Shown: piece after piece, positions 42,252 to 53,919 of the stretch
Layout: the number at the start of each line of letters is the position of its first letter
Numbering within the stretch: position 1 is the stretch's first letter
Source: Azolla caroliniana
Lineage: Eukaryota > Plantae > Polypodiophyta
NCBI GenBank assembly: GCA_043228905.1
Contig: JBHGNT010000018.1
Location: 15,190,001-15,254,000, forward strand
Length of the DNA stretch: 64,000 bases
Reading direction: 5' to 3'
Made by a program: the position numbers and the translations under genes
The notes under the pieces: generated by a model
The model's database searches: none
Seen by the model: the letters and a program-made list of their open reading frames with translations, nothing else
What the model was told of the DNA's origin: nothing

Positions 42252-42257
42252 AAATCC
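42150..42257 (-). promoter_or_regulatory. Predicted -1 programmed ribosomal frameshift signal
   Basis: G GAT TTT TAG at the gag stop; the -1 frame equals the pol frame and is open. A downstream stem AGGCGTGGGG/CCCCACACCT is possible. Confidence 0.75.
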
Positions 42258-44374
42258 TCTCGGTTATCGGAACCGAGGGAGTCGCGGTTACGCTCGTGGT
42301 TCGGCCTAACCGTCAAAAACTGGACCGAATGGCGCCCGTCCTGGCTCTTGACCCGCGCATAGGCCGAACCGTTGTCCAGCACCTTGGTCTCCATTCGAGC
42401 CGCCGTGATGTACGGTTCTCCCAGTATGACGGGGTGCGATGACGACTCCTGCACGAAGAAGTGCTGGTCTATCTCGACATCGCCGATCTTGACCCGTACA
42501 TTCGGGCAGGCCCCGTGAAGTTCCTCGGTGGCGCGCGTCGCCGCCCTTATCTTCCACCCGTGCTTGGTGTTGATCGGCCATTTGCCCTTCTTATAGAAGT
42601 CCATGGACATCAAATTGATCTCCGATCCGTGGTCCACCAAAGCTATCACCGGTTCCTGGACATCGCCGATCTTCACCGGGGTTTCCGTGGTCGCTCGGGC
42701 CCAGTGCGGTCTCGAATAGTGGCTTTCCGCCCACTCGTCTCCCAGCGCCATGTCGTCTAGGTGCGTCGTCCGCACTTCCACCGGTCTTTCCGGTTCTGTC
42801 TCCGTTGACAGCCTCTTCCGTTTCACCAAGTCCACGATGGAGTCGTGGAACTCCTTCTTGGCGATTCCCAGCACCTCCCGTAGCGACAGCTCCACCTTGC
42901 TGTCGAGGATCCGTTCCTCCAGGACCTTTCGTAAGTCCGTGTTTCTTTCTATCTCCGTCCCCAGACGGTACCCGCCCTTCTGGGGTTTATCTTGCGTACC
43001 GGCCCCGCCGGCTTCGTCCCGTCGTGGCCCGGACCGGGTCTCGTATCGTTGTGAGGGCCCGGTCGTCCCGGGTTTCCCCACCCGCTTCTCTTCTACCAGA
43101 GCCTCGTAGTTCCTGCAAGCGGCTTCCAAGAAGCCCGTCTTTTCCTCGACCGGGTCGCTCCACCCGGTCATCTCCCGTACCCGTTTCTCCGCACGGTCCG
43201 ATTCCTCCCTTTTAAGCCCTGCACCGGCAAGGCCTTCCAGCATCGTCGGCCAGAATCCGGCTTTGCTTTCCTTTCGGGCCTCGCCGCCCCCGACTCGAAT
43301 ACCGGCCGACGCCGAGTAGTGGACGGTTTCCGCATGTCGGGCCGCCGCCTCTTCCATCAACCTCTTCATTCCGCCTCGCCCGTCGTTTCGGTTTAGGGCC
43401 CTTCTCGTGTCGTTGGCGTGAACCCGGCCTTCCCATAGGTACACCACCCGGTTCCTCAGCGCCTCTGCGAAATCGCCGCAGTCTTTTCGGATGTGGCCGA
43501 CCCCGTCGCACCACATGCACCTGTTCCCTGCCGCCGGCCGTCGGTCACGAGCAGGTCCTCCGCCTTCTCTGCGGGCTTGTGCGATTTGGAGGTCTTTTAT
43601 CGCCCTCGTCAGTTCCTCCAACGCAGCTCCCCCAGTCGAGCCTCCGATCACGCCGGTCGGAGCCGAACCGGATTCCAGCCACTCCCGAGTCTCTTCCCTT
43701 CGCACCGGCTGCGCCGGCTCGAGTTTCCTCGCCGCGACTGAGCCCGACCCGGTTGCTCTGTCATCCTCCCATTCTCGCCGTTTGTCGAAACGGCCGCAGG
43801 CTCTCTTGACCGCCGCCCAGTCGGCTGTCAGCCCATCTTCGGTTTCTAGCAGGGCGCCCACGTGACTCCGATCCCTCTCGTCAACCGATTTGACGAACAG
43901 CAGGACCCGGCTTGTATCCAGGACCATCCTGTCAAGCGCCGAAAGGCGCGCGAAGTTCTCCTCGAACTCCCGGAGGAGTGCCGACGCATTCCTTCCTTTC
44001 CCGGGAGACTCCACCCACTCCATGAAGCTTCGCTTCGAAAGCCGGAGCGCGTCGTCCAGTCCGTATTTTTCCAGGAGCCGACCTTCGAACTCCTCCCAGG
44101 TACGGCTCTCCGCCCGCACCTCGAGCACCTCCGCGTGGATGCTCGGCATCGCCACTCGGGGAAAACCGGCCAGACGCCTGTCTTCCGGAATGTCCCGCAT
44201 TAACATTTCCGCACCGTAGGACGCCAGGTACTTCGTGGCATCTTTTCCGGTGAATCGACCGATCGTTCCGACGACCGCCTCAATAGCTCTATCGAGGGCG
44301 CCGGTGCCCTCGCGCGCGCTTACTATCCGATCCACGGCCGAAGCCATGGCCTCTGCAAGATCCGCCCCCTTCAT
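42248..44374 (-). CDS. gag: Element E Gag-protease polyprotein
   Basis: Open frame with zinc knuckle CMWCDGVGHIRKDC and aspartic-protease motifs ALVDHGSEINLM...VILGEPY. First ATG at 44374; the ORF-track GTG at 44401 lies inside the PBS. Confidence 0.9.
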   Translation of the reverse strand: MKGADLAEAMASAVDRIVSAREGTGALDRAIEAVVGTIGRFTGKDATKYLASYGAEMLMRDIPEDRRLAGFPRVAMPSIHAEVLEVRAESRTWEEFEGRLLEKYGLDDALRLSKRSFMEWVESPGKGRNASALLREFEENFARLSALDRMVLDTSRVLLFVKSVDERDRSHVGALLETEDGLTADWAAVKRACGRFDKRREWEDDRATGSGSVAARKLEPAQPVRREETREWLESGSAPTGVIGGSTGGAALEELTRAIKDLQIAQARREGGGPARDRRPAAGNRCMWCDGVGHIRKDCGDFAEALRNRVVYLWEGRVHANDTRRALNRNDGRGGMKRLMEEAAARHAETVHYSASAGIRVGGGEARKESKAGFWPTMLEGLAGAGLKREESDRAEKRVREMTGWSDPVEEKTGFLEAACRNYEALVEEKRVGKPGTTGPSQRYETRSGPRRDEAGGAGTQDKPQKGGYRLGTEIERNTDLRKVLEERILDSKVELSLREVLGIAKKEFHDSIVDLVKRKRLSTETEPERPVEVRTTHLDDMALGDEWAESHYSRPHWARATTETPVKIGDVQEPVIALVDHGSEINLMSMDFYKKGKWPINTKHGWKIRAATRATEELHGACPNVRVKIGDVEIDQHFFVQESSSHPVILGEPYITAARMETKVLDNGSAYARVKSQDGRHSVQFLTVRPNHERNRDSLGSDNREDF

Positions 44375-44396
44375 TTCCCACTCTTCTGCCGCCTCT

Positions 44397-44414
44397 TTCA
44401 CGTCGGGTTCACCA
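44397..44414 (-). promoter_or_regulatory. Primer-binding site complementary to tRNA-Trp
   Basis: Plus strand TTCACGTCGGGTTCACCA matches the recalled 3' 18 nt of plant cytosolic tRNA-Trp(CCA) including CCA; it lies 3 nt from the LTR. Confidence 0.85.
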
Positions 44415-45134
44415 AGATGTCGGGGTTACTACGCCCTTGCGTGTAGAAAGGAGGAGGGACCACGGGGGTCTCGAACCGAAGAGCAAGAGAGAGAGAAGAA
44501 AGAGAGAGAGACCCGATTACACAGAACCGAAGATCCGATTGCGCAGAACCGACGATTGCACAGGGACACGGCCCAACAAACAGAGATCCCAAATAAACGC
44601 CGACGCAGATGGACGCAACAACGAGAGATATGTACTTATGAATGCAAGAAAATAACAGACTAAAGTATTACAACCCACGGTGGGGCACAAAATAGATACT
44701 AACGAAAACGAACAGGGCGGCGAACAGCTGCCGACCCCTGTATGTCGCGACGCACAGAAAGGGAAAACAGGTCGGAGGTGCTGCAGGACGCACTCGGGGC
44801 GTTCCACGGAACAACGCAAGCCTCCTCGAAACCTGCACAGGTACGCGATGGAGCAGAAGACAGAGAGAGCAGGAGTGAGAGAGAAGCTCCGAAATCGGTT
44901 CGGCAGCACTTCGTCCTCTCCGCGGGAGATGCCCCACTTCTATTCTTCCTCTTCCTTTTATAGCCCGTCAAGAGGCCGTTTGGCATTAACTGCATACTAA
45001 CCGAATCTACCCACCTAGGATCCTCGTATGTACCTACTTCGTCCTTAGGTACTTCTTGGCGCGCGTGTGTGTGTAGAGCCGTTTCCCACGCCTTGTTCCT
45101 CCGATTCCTCTTGTGGGCGGTTTTCTTCACGACA

Positions 45135-47897
45135 ACGGTATACCGACATTGAGTAGAATCAAGCTTCTTACTCTCGAATGCTATTGGTTTACCATCTTGA
45201 TATAAGACAACACCTATAGCATAATCGCTTGCATCGGTTTCAACCTCAAAAGGTTTTGAAGGATCGGGTAAAAGAAGTGAATGAGCCTTGCAAACCAGGT
45301 CCTTGAGTTCCTTAAAGGCGAGGTCTAGTGTAGCATTCCACACAATAGGTTTTGTAGACTTACGCGTTTGACCTTTTAGAAGATCAGTAAACGGTGTCGT
45401 CAATTGGGAGTAATTACGAAGGGATTTTCGCAAAAACCCGACAAAACCAAGGAATGATCGAACTTCTCGAATGTTTTGAAGAGTGGGCCAAAGCTTGATT
45501 TTGTCGATGCGAGAAGGATCAATTTCAACTCCTCGTTCGGTTATGAGATGTCCAAGATAAGTAATTGATTTCTTGAAGAACTCACATTTGAGATCTTCGC
45601 ATAAAATTGTTTGTCACGCAATATTTGTAAAACAAAGCGGACATGTTTAGCATGTTCTTGTAATGTGCGGCTATAAACTAAAATATCATCCAAGAAAATA
45701 ACGACAAATTTTCCAAGTTGTTCTCGGAAAATGTCATTCATTTCTTGTTGAAATGTAGCCGGAGCATTGGTTAAACCAAAAGGCATAACCAGAAACTCAT
45801 AATGGCCATAGCGCGTACGAAATGCAGTTTTAGGAACATCGTCCTCACTTATACGAATTTGATGGTAGCCAGTACGGAGATCAAGTTTCGTAAAATACCG
45901 AGCTCCCTGGAGACGGTCAATTAGATCGTCAGCCCTGGGCAATGGATACGAATTCTTGATCGTCACTTTATTCAAGCGTTGGTAATTAATACACATACGC
46001 CATGTGCCCTCTTTCTTTTTAACCAAGAGAACTGGTGCACCCCATGGAGATTTACTATAACGTATATAACCCATTCGTAAATAGTCCTTGAGTTGCATAG
46101 ATACCTCATCCTCTTCGGATCGACTTAAGCGATAAGGAGGTATACTTATTGGTGCAACACCAGGTACAATATCTATATGATGGTCTATATTATGTTTAGG
46201 AGGTAAGCCATCTGGTAGTTCACTCGGAAAAACATCACGAAAATCATTTAAGATTTCATCAAGTTGTTGTTGTTCAAAATATGTTAATTGAACCGAGACA
46301 TTATCGATATTGTAAACGTGAATGTCCGGATCAAGTACACAATAAAATAGAGTAGAACAAGACAACTTGGATATTGATGGACACGAGGAAACAATCGAGA
46401 GGGATTGTTTTTTTACACATTTAATAAAATGAGTACAATCGTTCAGTACAAATGTAATTGAATGATGAACCCAATCAATAGATAAAGAAGAGTTTTTATT
46501 ATAAAACCAGGGATAACCCAGTATTACATCGGTGGTAGAAAGATTCATTACATGGATGTCTACTTCCTCTATATAAGTGTCAATAGAAATTCCTAATGAA
46601 TGAATCGCCCCGTTGATGTATTGTACTTTTCCATCAGCCAAGTGCACCGTGTAGGTGTGATCACTTACGGTGGGTTGGATTCCCCATATCTGAACCAAAC
46701 GATCATTCACAAAATTGTGTGAGCTTCCCGAATCAAATAGAAATTGTACGGGAGATCCATTGATATACCCGTTTGCACGTAGTAAATCATTGGGACCCAA
46801 TACATAGTGAGGGAAAGAACATTGGCAATTACTTAAATGATGTGTATAGACCTGAAGGACATTAGGAATCTCACCTTTATGGTTTGCAGTTTTAGCTTTG
46901 TTGTCGTGCTCTTTCCGTTGGAGCTTTCGACATTGCTCTTTTGTATGACCCTTCTTTTTGCAGAATATGCAAAAAGGATGTTGTCGCTTACAATCGCGAT
47001 CCATGAATTCGTTGGGTGTCTTGTGTTTCCCAACGAATTGCGATTGCTTAGTCCCGAGCGCTTCGTTGGGTTTGTTGTGGTCCTTCTTCGAAGTGCGTTG
47101 ATAGCGAAGAACTATTTCAACGGCCTCTTCAAAGGATTTTGGATCCTTATCGTGCACTATCCAGTGATAGTCCGAATTGGGGATGCCATTGACAAAACAA
47201 ACTATTAACCAGTTGTCCCCTTCTAGACCCGATTTTTGGATGTGGGTTCTAGCATGGTGGACATAGTCTTCTAGCGAGGAAAATTTCCGACTAGAGAGGT
47301 TCATTAAAGCTTGTGCTGCCTTGGTTCGAGAGGGAGGTTGCATAAATTGGCCCTTGAAAACTGTGACAAAATCTGTCCAGGTATCGGGCAATTTCCCCAA
47401 CGTACGGAGCCCACGCCACTAGGTGGCGACCTTACCCCCTAGTTCTCGGCCGACATATGCAATCTTCGTACTATCTGGCGTGGGATAGAGCTCAAAATGA
47501 GACTCCCATCGGCCCAACCACGTGCAGATTGCTTCTTCTATTCTTTCCTTTTTGTCTCCCGTAAATGGCTTAACGACAAACGATGGTTACCCTGTCGCTC
47601 ATTAGGTCTATTAGTCTCACGTTGTAGACTAATGACACGTGCCTCGAGAGCACTTTGAGATTGCCAAAGTTCGGTCATCTGTTGAGTGGTGAAACTAAGG
47701 TATTGGGTTATTTGCGAAAAATACATCTCAATGGACATTTGTCCAGGAGGATTCCCTTGAGTTCCTTCCGCTTGAGCGGATGACATCGGGTCGTTATTTT
47801 GAGCCATTAAATGATTATTTCTGGAAAAGAAATAGGATAAGGTCAGAGAGATAGCCATAACATCATGTCGTGATGTAAACATATCATGGGCAAACAT
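45135..47897 (-). pseudogene. Element D gag-PR-RT-RNase H (5' part)
   Basis: [64 protein letters not shown]. Confidence 0.93.
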
Positions 47898-48994
47898 TAA
47901 TTGATATCATTATCTCACGTCAATACCCCTCTAGACGTATGAGATGAGGTTCAAGATCAGGTTACTATGGTAACACAAAGGTGTTTTAAAAACCATGGGG
48001 GTGACAAATAAATGTCTTTCCCTGATCTCTATATCGATTTTTTCATGGTGGCTCCCCGAGGCTCAACCATGTATGTTCGCGTCATGAATAGTTTATACAC
48101 GAAAAAAATGTTAACAATAAACTATGTTTTTGTGCCCACATATGTGGTTTCGGCTCTTTAAGTCCTATTACGAGGACCCCGAAGTGCACTTAGAACTCAA
48201 GTCTAAACATGTGTTATAGTCATATGTATCAACGATATTGTATGATCTTGGTCATATTTGAACTCGAGACCTCAAGAACAAATGCATTAAACATTTGAGC
48301 CAACCAAGTAAGTTGCTCTTCTTGAATGTTTAATGTTTCATGCGTAAAAGAGATATGTGAGGCATTTGCCTATATATGTTTTTTTAAAAGAAACATATAT
48401 GTCGAGAGTCCTTATTTCGCCCTCATTTACTACAACTATGTTGGTACGTTACCTAACCTCAAGTCTCGTAATTACGATGGCATACGCCAAAGGGCAACCT
48501 AATGGTCAAGCCAAATGAGCCCTCTTTTCGTAGTAGGCCCATGTGGCCCATCACATGGTCACGTCATTACGAATGCCTCTTGTAAGAATGATCTCATGGT
48601 GGCATCGTATCCATGTAATGAGGGAGGGATGTTGGATACATGTGTCATAAGAGCGACCTCACATGAAGTGGGTCAAACCCTACGTACTCAACATCATTAT
48701 GGCTATTGGCGTTTCTTTACGTAACGAAATATCTAAGTCACCAACGGGGATTTCAACAATAAAAAATTGTTGAAAAAAGGGATGGTGACAACGCGATTCT
48801 CACAAAAATGTGAGGACGGACACCAAGAACCTTTCCCCGAAAAGGAAAACATTCGATTTAAAATCACGTAATAACTTATATACACATATGTATATTATCA
48901 CATATATACGATCAACTACGTATACACGTGACCACATATGCCTATATTAAAGAAATCGTTATATTTAATAGCCAAAAATGACGTAATCGAGATA

Positions 48995-49250
48995 CGTAAT
49001 CGAGGCATATACCTCTACGCACACGAGACATCCAAAAATAAGGGTTCAACATAATACGCAATTGAGGTATTGACCTCTTACGCATACGAGACCAAACGCA
49101 TATCATTTACAACAAAATCGAGGTGTTGACCTCATACGCAAACATAACATATGTTTGTGAACATAATACGTAATTGAGGTATTAACCTCGTATGCATACG
49201 ACACTCATCACATATTATTTATATGTCAAACAAGGTATTGACCTTGTGCA
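48995..49250. repeat. Five-unit hairpin repeat array in the 5' leader of D
   Basis: RAGGY-N4-ACCTY palindromes start at 49002, 49064, 49120, 49176 and 49232. Confidence 0.75.
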
Positions 49251-50109
49251 CATATGTAAACGTTTTAGATAGCCAATTAAATACCACTACAACATCATTT
49301 AATTAATAAAAATAAACTACATATTAACCATACACATGATTAGATGGGAGAACAAAAAATAGACAAAAAATAACAAGAAAGATTACCGAAGTTCCTTGTT
49401 GATCCTTGTCTACATTAAGACCAACCGCACAACGATCGATCGCCATCCATCGAGAAGATAAGACCAACAAAAGAAACATTAGTACATAGGCTCGGATACC
49501 AAATATTAGAGACATGTACTAAAGTAAGCATTAGATAAGGATAGATCTAGGTAGATAGAAAGAACGGAGAGAGAGAAAGAAGGGTGCCGATCCACCTGAC
49601 CACCCTCGAGCGAAGGGATCGAGATGGACTCGAGCCTCGATCGGCGTCCCATACCACTGCCGTGGCGTCAAGTCGTACCTGGTGCTGGCGCGCTCGCTAC
49701 AAGAGTTGACCCACCACAAGACAGAGTCTCGACGTAGTCAACCAAGATGATGAAATGAGGGTAGCTAGGCCTCTATTTATAGTAATACCCAAGGCCCCCA
49801 GCCATGTTCACACTTGGCCTAATGGGTTGTCTCAATCCCGAGGATTTAAAAGTAATCCTCCCCTTCTTTACACTCTCGTTTAACCCTCACACTTATCCAC
49901 GTGTATAGAATACTATGGTAAACTCTCACCACGGGATATTATATGGTCATGCCCGTAACATGTAGTCTCTTCCATGCCATGGCACAATCGCTACTCATGA
50001 GCATATGGTAGAGTTCCCAATATTGGGATGCCTCCCACGCTCGTCTCTTACGACGTGCTGTGTGCATTTCTTTGCGAGCTTGTATTGAGGTAATACTACC
50101 ATTGAGTTG

Positions 50110-50577
50110 TGTAAAGAATCAATGGTGATTCATGTGAAGCGGAAGAGATGTGAGTTATGTGTGTATGTGTGAGAGAAGAGAGGAGAGGAGAGAAACACAA
50201 GATAGATAAGAGACAATATGAAGTACTCAAAAAGAAGAAGGAGATGTATATTAACAAGTAGAATATGAGATACTAAATAGCGTTACAAGGAGTCACAACC
50301 GACTTAATATGGAGTAGGAGGAGGGTGCTTTATATAGAGTCACCCTCTCTCTTCATTTACTCACTACAACGTTCACTCTCTCACTAGAGCCTTGAGGAAT
50401 GTGAAGTCTTACAGTCATGGGGAATGTGGAATCATTAGTTATGTGTCATATAATATGAATCTATGACACATAGTTTAATGTGTAGAGAGTGGTGGTGTGA
50501 CTCTTGACCTTTGAGTAATCATAGATTCTGAAAAGGTGTGTTCACACGTTGCTCTATGTTGAGCTTGATTCTCAACA
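50110..50577. mobile_element. Solo LTR inserted in the LINE
   Basis: Inverted termini TGTAAAGAATCAA...TTGATTCTCAACA and perfect TSD AGTTG (50105-09 and 50578-82). LINE frame TVSQL|NGS is restored on removal. Confidence 0.88.
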
Positions 50578-51033
50578 AGTTGTGATACTGTAAGTTGTCT
50601 ATGTAAGTCCCTAAAATCCTCATCATACCATTTATTTTGTGGCATAGATTCTGATCTACCTTGATTTGAGTGTTTTGTATATGGGAAACTAATTGCTGCT
50701 GCGGAGTGAAGGATGTGTGTGAGTTTCATACTAAGCCTTTCTAAAGGTAGGGAGGGATCAAGGGAGGAGAGATGGGCCTGAACATGTTGAGAGTATATGT
50801 CAGAGAGCTCATGTGGGAAATTTATTGTGGTGTGATGACGTGGTTGACTAGAGTTGGTGACCTTAGAGATATCACATTTTAGCTCGAAGTATAAGAAACT
50901 ATGGTCTGCGCCAATAGGGCATGGGGCCACCCAGAAGGAGTTAATCATGCGGGTAGCTTTAGGGCATCCTATTAGATAATCAATTGTGCTTTCCCCTCCT
51001 CCATGTGGGAAAGATGTGAGCTATGGGAAACAT

Positions 51034-51207
51034 GAGAGAGAGAGAGAGGCCAAAGACATGTTAGATTATAGAGGCACTAGGCAATAATATAAAGGATTGT
51101 CATCAACTATATTATTTGATTAATGATGTGATCCAATTGAAATAAGGATGCAATCACTATTGTATCACTATTATTATATTTAGTGTGTTTTTACACATGA
51201 GCATTGA
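51034..51207. repeat. Tandem repeat copy 3 (pairs with 32780-33130)
   Basis: Same GCCAAAGACATGTTAGATTATAG...TGAGCATTGA unit. Confidence 0.85.
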
Positions 51208-51533
51208 GAGATAGATAGATAGATTATATTATTGTATTTGGGGGTCAAAAAGATTACATTTCACGTTATACATGTGAAAGTAGCTAGTTTCGATGTTCAA
51301 GAACTTTACCAATGAATGTTGCACTCAAGAGTGTATATTGTGGTGTGAGAGAAATTCGTGCAAGGATTGGGCTTGATCGAAGATGTGTGGAAATCATGGT
51401 TGAATATGATCAAAGGCAAAGCATTGTATCAAAGTGTGATACTTAGACTCTTGAACTTGTTTTGGACAAAGTATGCATAGTTGACCACTCTCATCACTTG
51501 TGCCCGAACGCCCGGTTGTCGTGAAGAAATTGC

Positions 51534-52224
51534 TTCACGATATAAAAATGAACTCAAATACTATAAAAAGTAACATTTGAGAGACTTGAACCTATAACCT
51601 TATATATCAAGTATGATGTACATACCATTAAGATAAATTATTTTTTATACTAATGTTTTTATCATTATACTTATGTAATCTATTATTTCATACATGGGAG
51701 CTCGGATGAGTAGGATGGCTATCATGCATAAAATGTAACGCATGTGCGCCAAATGGCGATCATGCATCACATGCATGCTATGCACCCTCACATCATTATA
51801 TGCATGAGAACACCTATAAAGAGAGGGGAGGGAGGAATGAATAGATCAAGGAATGAAGGACAATCAATGAGTCCAGGGATAAGTTTTAGATAATTTTAAT
51901 CAAGAAAAATAAGTTAGTTTATTTGGGAAGTATCTTGTCTCTCGAAATTGAAGTCAAGGGAGTTTGGAAGAGAAAAGTTTCATCTCTGCGATCGAGCATT
52001 GTAAAGTTAATAAAATCTTGTATTTTTAATATAAAGCATCATGTCTTTATCGTATACTCTTGCTTCTTAAATCATACATAGTCTCTATCTCTTATCCATG
52101 CTCATCTCTCTCTCACACATTACTTTTAACTCTTATTCTTCCTATCCTTAATATCTCTGTGAATTGCCACAAAAGCCTTGTAAATCTTTTGCTCAAACTC
52201 CCCTTAACCTTAGTCCCGGTGACA
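51534..52224 (+). mobile_element. Probable solo LTR with tRNA-like module, nested in an older LTR starting at 51517
   Basis: Termini T(-)TCACGA...GTGACA, possible 4-bp TSD TTGC/TCGC, TATAAA near 51815. The flanks join into TGTCGTGAAGAAA...GGAACAAGGTGTG, resembling the start of the E LTR. Confidence 0.55.
51579..51635 (-). other. tRNA-like A-box/B-box module in LTR (degenerate)
   Basis: Minus strand TATCTTAATGGTATG...AAGGTTATAGGTTCAAGTC. Confidence 0.5.
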
Positions 52225-53919
52225 TCGCCACACGTGTTGGCCGGTGGAACAAGGTGTGAAAAGAGATAGGGAGCCGCAAGCACAAAAACCAAATAAAGGG
52301 AGTCGAGCATTAATGAGGAATGATTGTAACGTGCCATGCTTCCTAGAAATAGGAAGCATAGAGGCCTATATAAATAGTGAGTGATCGAAGGAGTGGGGGG
52401 GTGCTACTAGAATATTATTTTAGGCAAGAAGTGTACAGAGAGGGAGAGTGAGTTCTATACCAACAATCGATCGATACTTGTATCAGTGTGTATTCATAAT
52501 AAATTATTCTTCTTGTGGGGCAACCTTGTGTGTCTAAAGTGTGATCCAAGTATATTCTATGTGGGTAATCACGAGCATGTAATCGGTTGTAGCCAATTTA
52601 ACATGATATATGTTATTGTGAAGTTGTAAAGGCTGTCTGCATCCCCGAGGGTCGAACGGGTCAAACGAACTCAGGTATGCATAGAGAGAGTTATCTAGGA
52701 GCCCCTTGGGATAGAGTCATCTCACTAACTCACACATTCAATCGAGTACATGGTCGATGGGACGACTCAAAGCCCCTTCCTCCATCCTACCACAATTTCC
52801 TTGATCCACTTACCAGAAGTAGTAACCAAGAGTACGTTCCTCCAGAGGGGAGGTAATAGCACGAACCACAACTACCCCGACATATTTGGCGAACCTGACA
52901 TGAAAGTGACAACAAGGAAAAATGGAGGAGCAAATGAGGCTTATGTGTACAATGACGGAAAGAATGATGTGGGAGTAAGGGATGATGGCAAACATTGACA
53001 AAGACGTCAACAATATTCTTGCACGAGTAGGAATATTTGAAAGTATGAATGTAAAACACGTTCACTTTCAGAAGTGGAAGGATCGTGCATTCCACTTTTA
53101 GATTCCCTTTGTAGTCACACAATTTTGGCCTATTGTGAAATCGGACGTGCACTAGTATCACATGATCAACCAAAGATGGTGAATTTATTGATTTATTAAT
53201 CCGATGCATCTCTATACCTAGAGAACATGTTATTTATTGGAGAAAATATAAATGTATGAGATTTACTTTTGCAATGTTTACAAATTTAGGGTTGGGGTTT
53301 ACCACACATTCATATGATACAAATTAATTATTTGAGGAAAGCATTAACAAACAAGGATTCCATTTTCGTTAGATGTAAAGTGCCGAGGTTTACAATGGTT
53401 AAACTTTCCAAGAGAGGTGTATATGCTATTTGAGAAATTGATATTTACATATTATTGAATACAATACATCGCAATTAATCCTTAGTAAAGATCATTAGGA
53501 TATAATACCAAATGTATATGTTCATGACAACACATGAAAGTTAGATGTAGAAAGCGTACTCGTAACTATTAGTTTACATGACATTAGACATAAAAGAATA
53601 TACCCAAAACATATATGACAATTATTTAGGCTTAGGCAGTGCTAAATTTTTGGGTGCCAAAATAGAGACAACACTCCAGTAGTAACGTTGAAGCATGTAT
53701 TAAAATTTTCATTTGATTGTCTACACATAAACACTAAATCAAGAAGTTAAACACGTATATACAAATGGAGTACTAATAATATATACAGAACACACATTGA
53801 TAGCCCTCCATACATCCAGTCTAGACAACCGTCAACCATAGAAACATGATTGTTGTTGTATAATCCCCTCCAATAAAGCAAATACTCCCCAATATCTACA
53901 AATGCCTCCTTCAGTCCCA

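Larger units (their letters stand above)
37971..45134 (-). mobile_element. Intact young Ty3/gypsy non-chromovirus element E
   Basis: Two 717-bp TG...CA LTRs (37971-38687 and 44418-45134) with one difference found by eye (38367 G vs 44814 A). 4-bp TSD ACGG, PPT at 38688-38700, two uninterrupted ORFs. Removing E restores QCRYTV|QEKEL in D. Confidence 0.97.
35773..49960 (-). mobile_element. Ty3/gypsy chromovirus D (decayed; host of E)
   Basis: LTRs 35773-36229 and 49504-49960. Met PBS TGGTATCCGAGC (49490-49501) and PPT next to 36229. TSD CGTAG/TGTAG. Order gag-PR-RT-RH-INT-chromodomain. Confidence 0.95.
33131..51033 (-). mobile_element. 5'-truncated LINE (RTEX-like) in three pieces: 33131-35772, 49961-50109, 50578-51033
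   Basis: APE endonuclease C-terminus (STIDY...GADH, ~50900-51000). RT motifs CCFVDFRKAFD, VKQGCPISPTLF and LYVDD. C-terminal CRLC...EDEYHFTCKC. Short (TTTC)n-like tail near 33135-33148. The reading frame is restored when D and the solo LTR are removed. Confidence 0.85.

Noticed and set aside
38070-45000. Many overlapping or antisense ORFs in E and its LTRs, including a possible env or extra gene
   Set aside because: Expected in GC-rich DNA with few stop codons. They have no recognisable domains, and only ~70 bp separate the pol stop from the 3' LTR.
37971-45134. Bacterial or fungal contamination, or misassembly, suggested by the GC jump
   Set aside because: The TSD and exact restoration of D's RNase H frame show a true insertion, and a related relic gag is present at 58250.
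48995-49250. CRISPR array
   Set aside because: The repeats are degenerate, linkers are partly related (units 2 and 4 share flanks), there are no cas genes, and the context is a eukaryotic retrotransposon leader.
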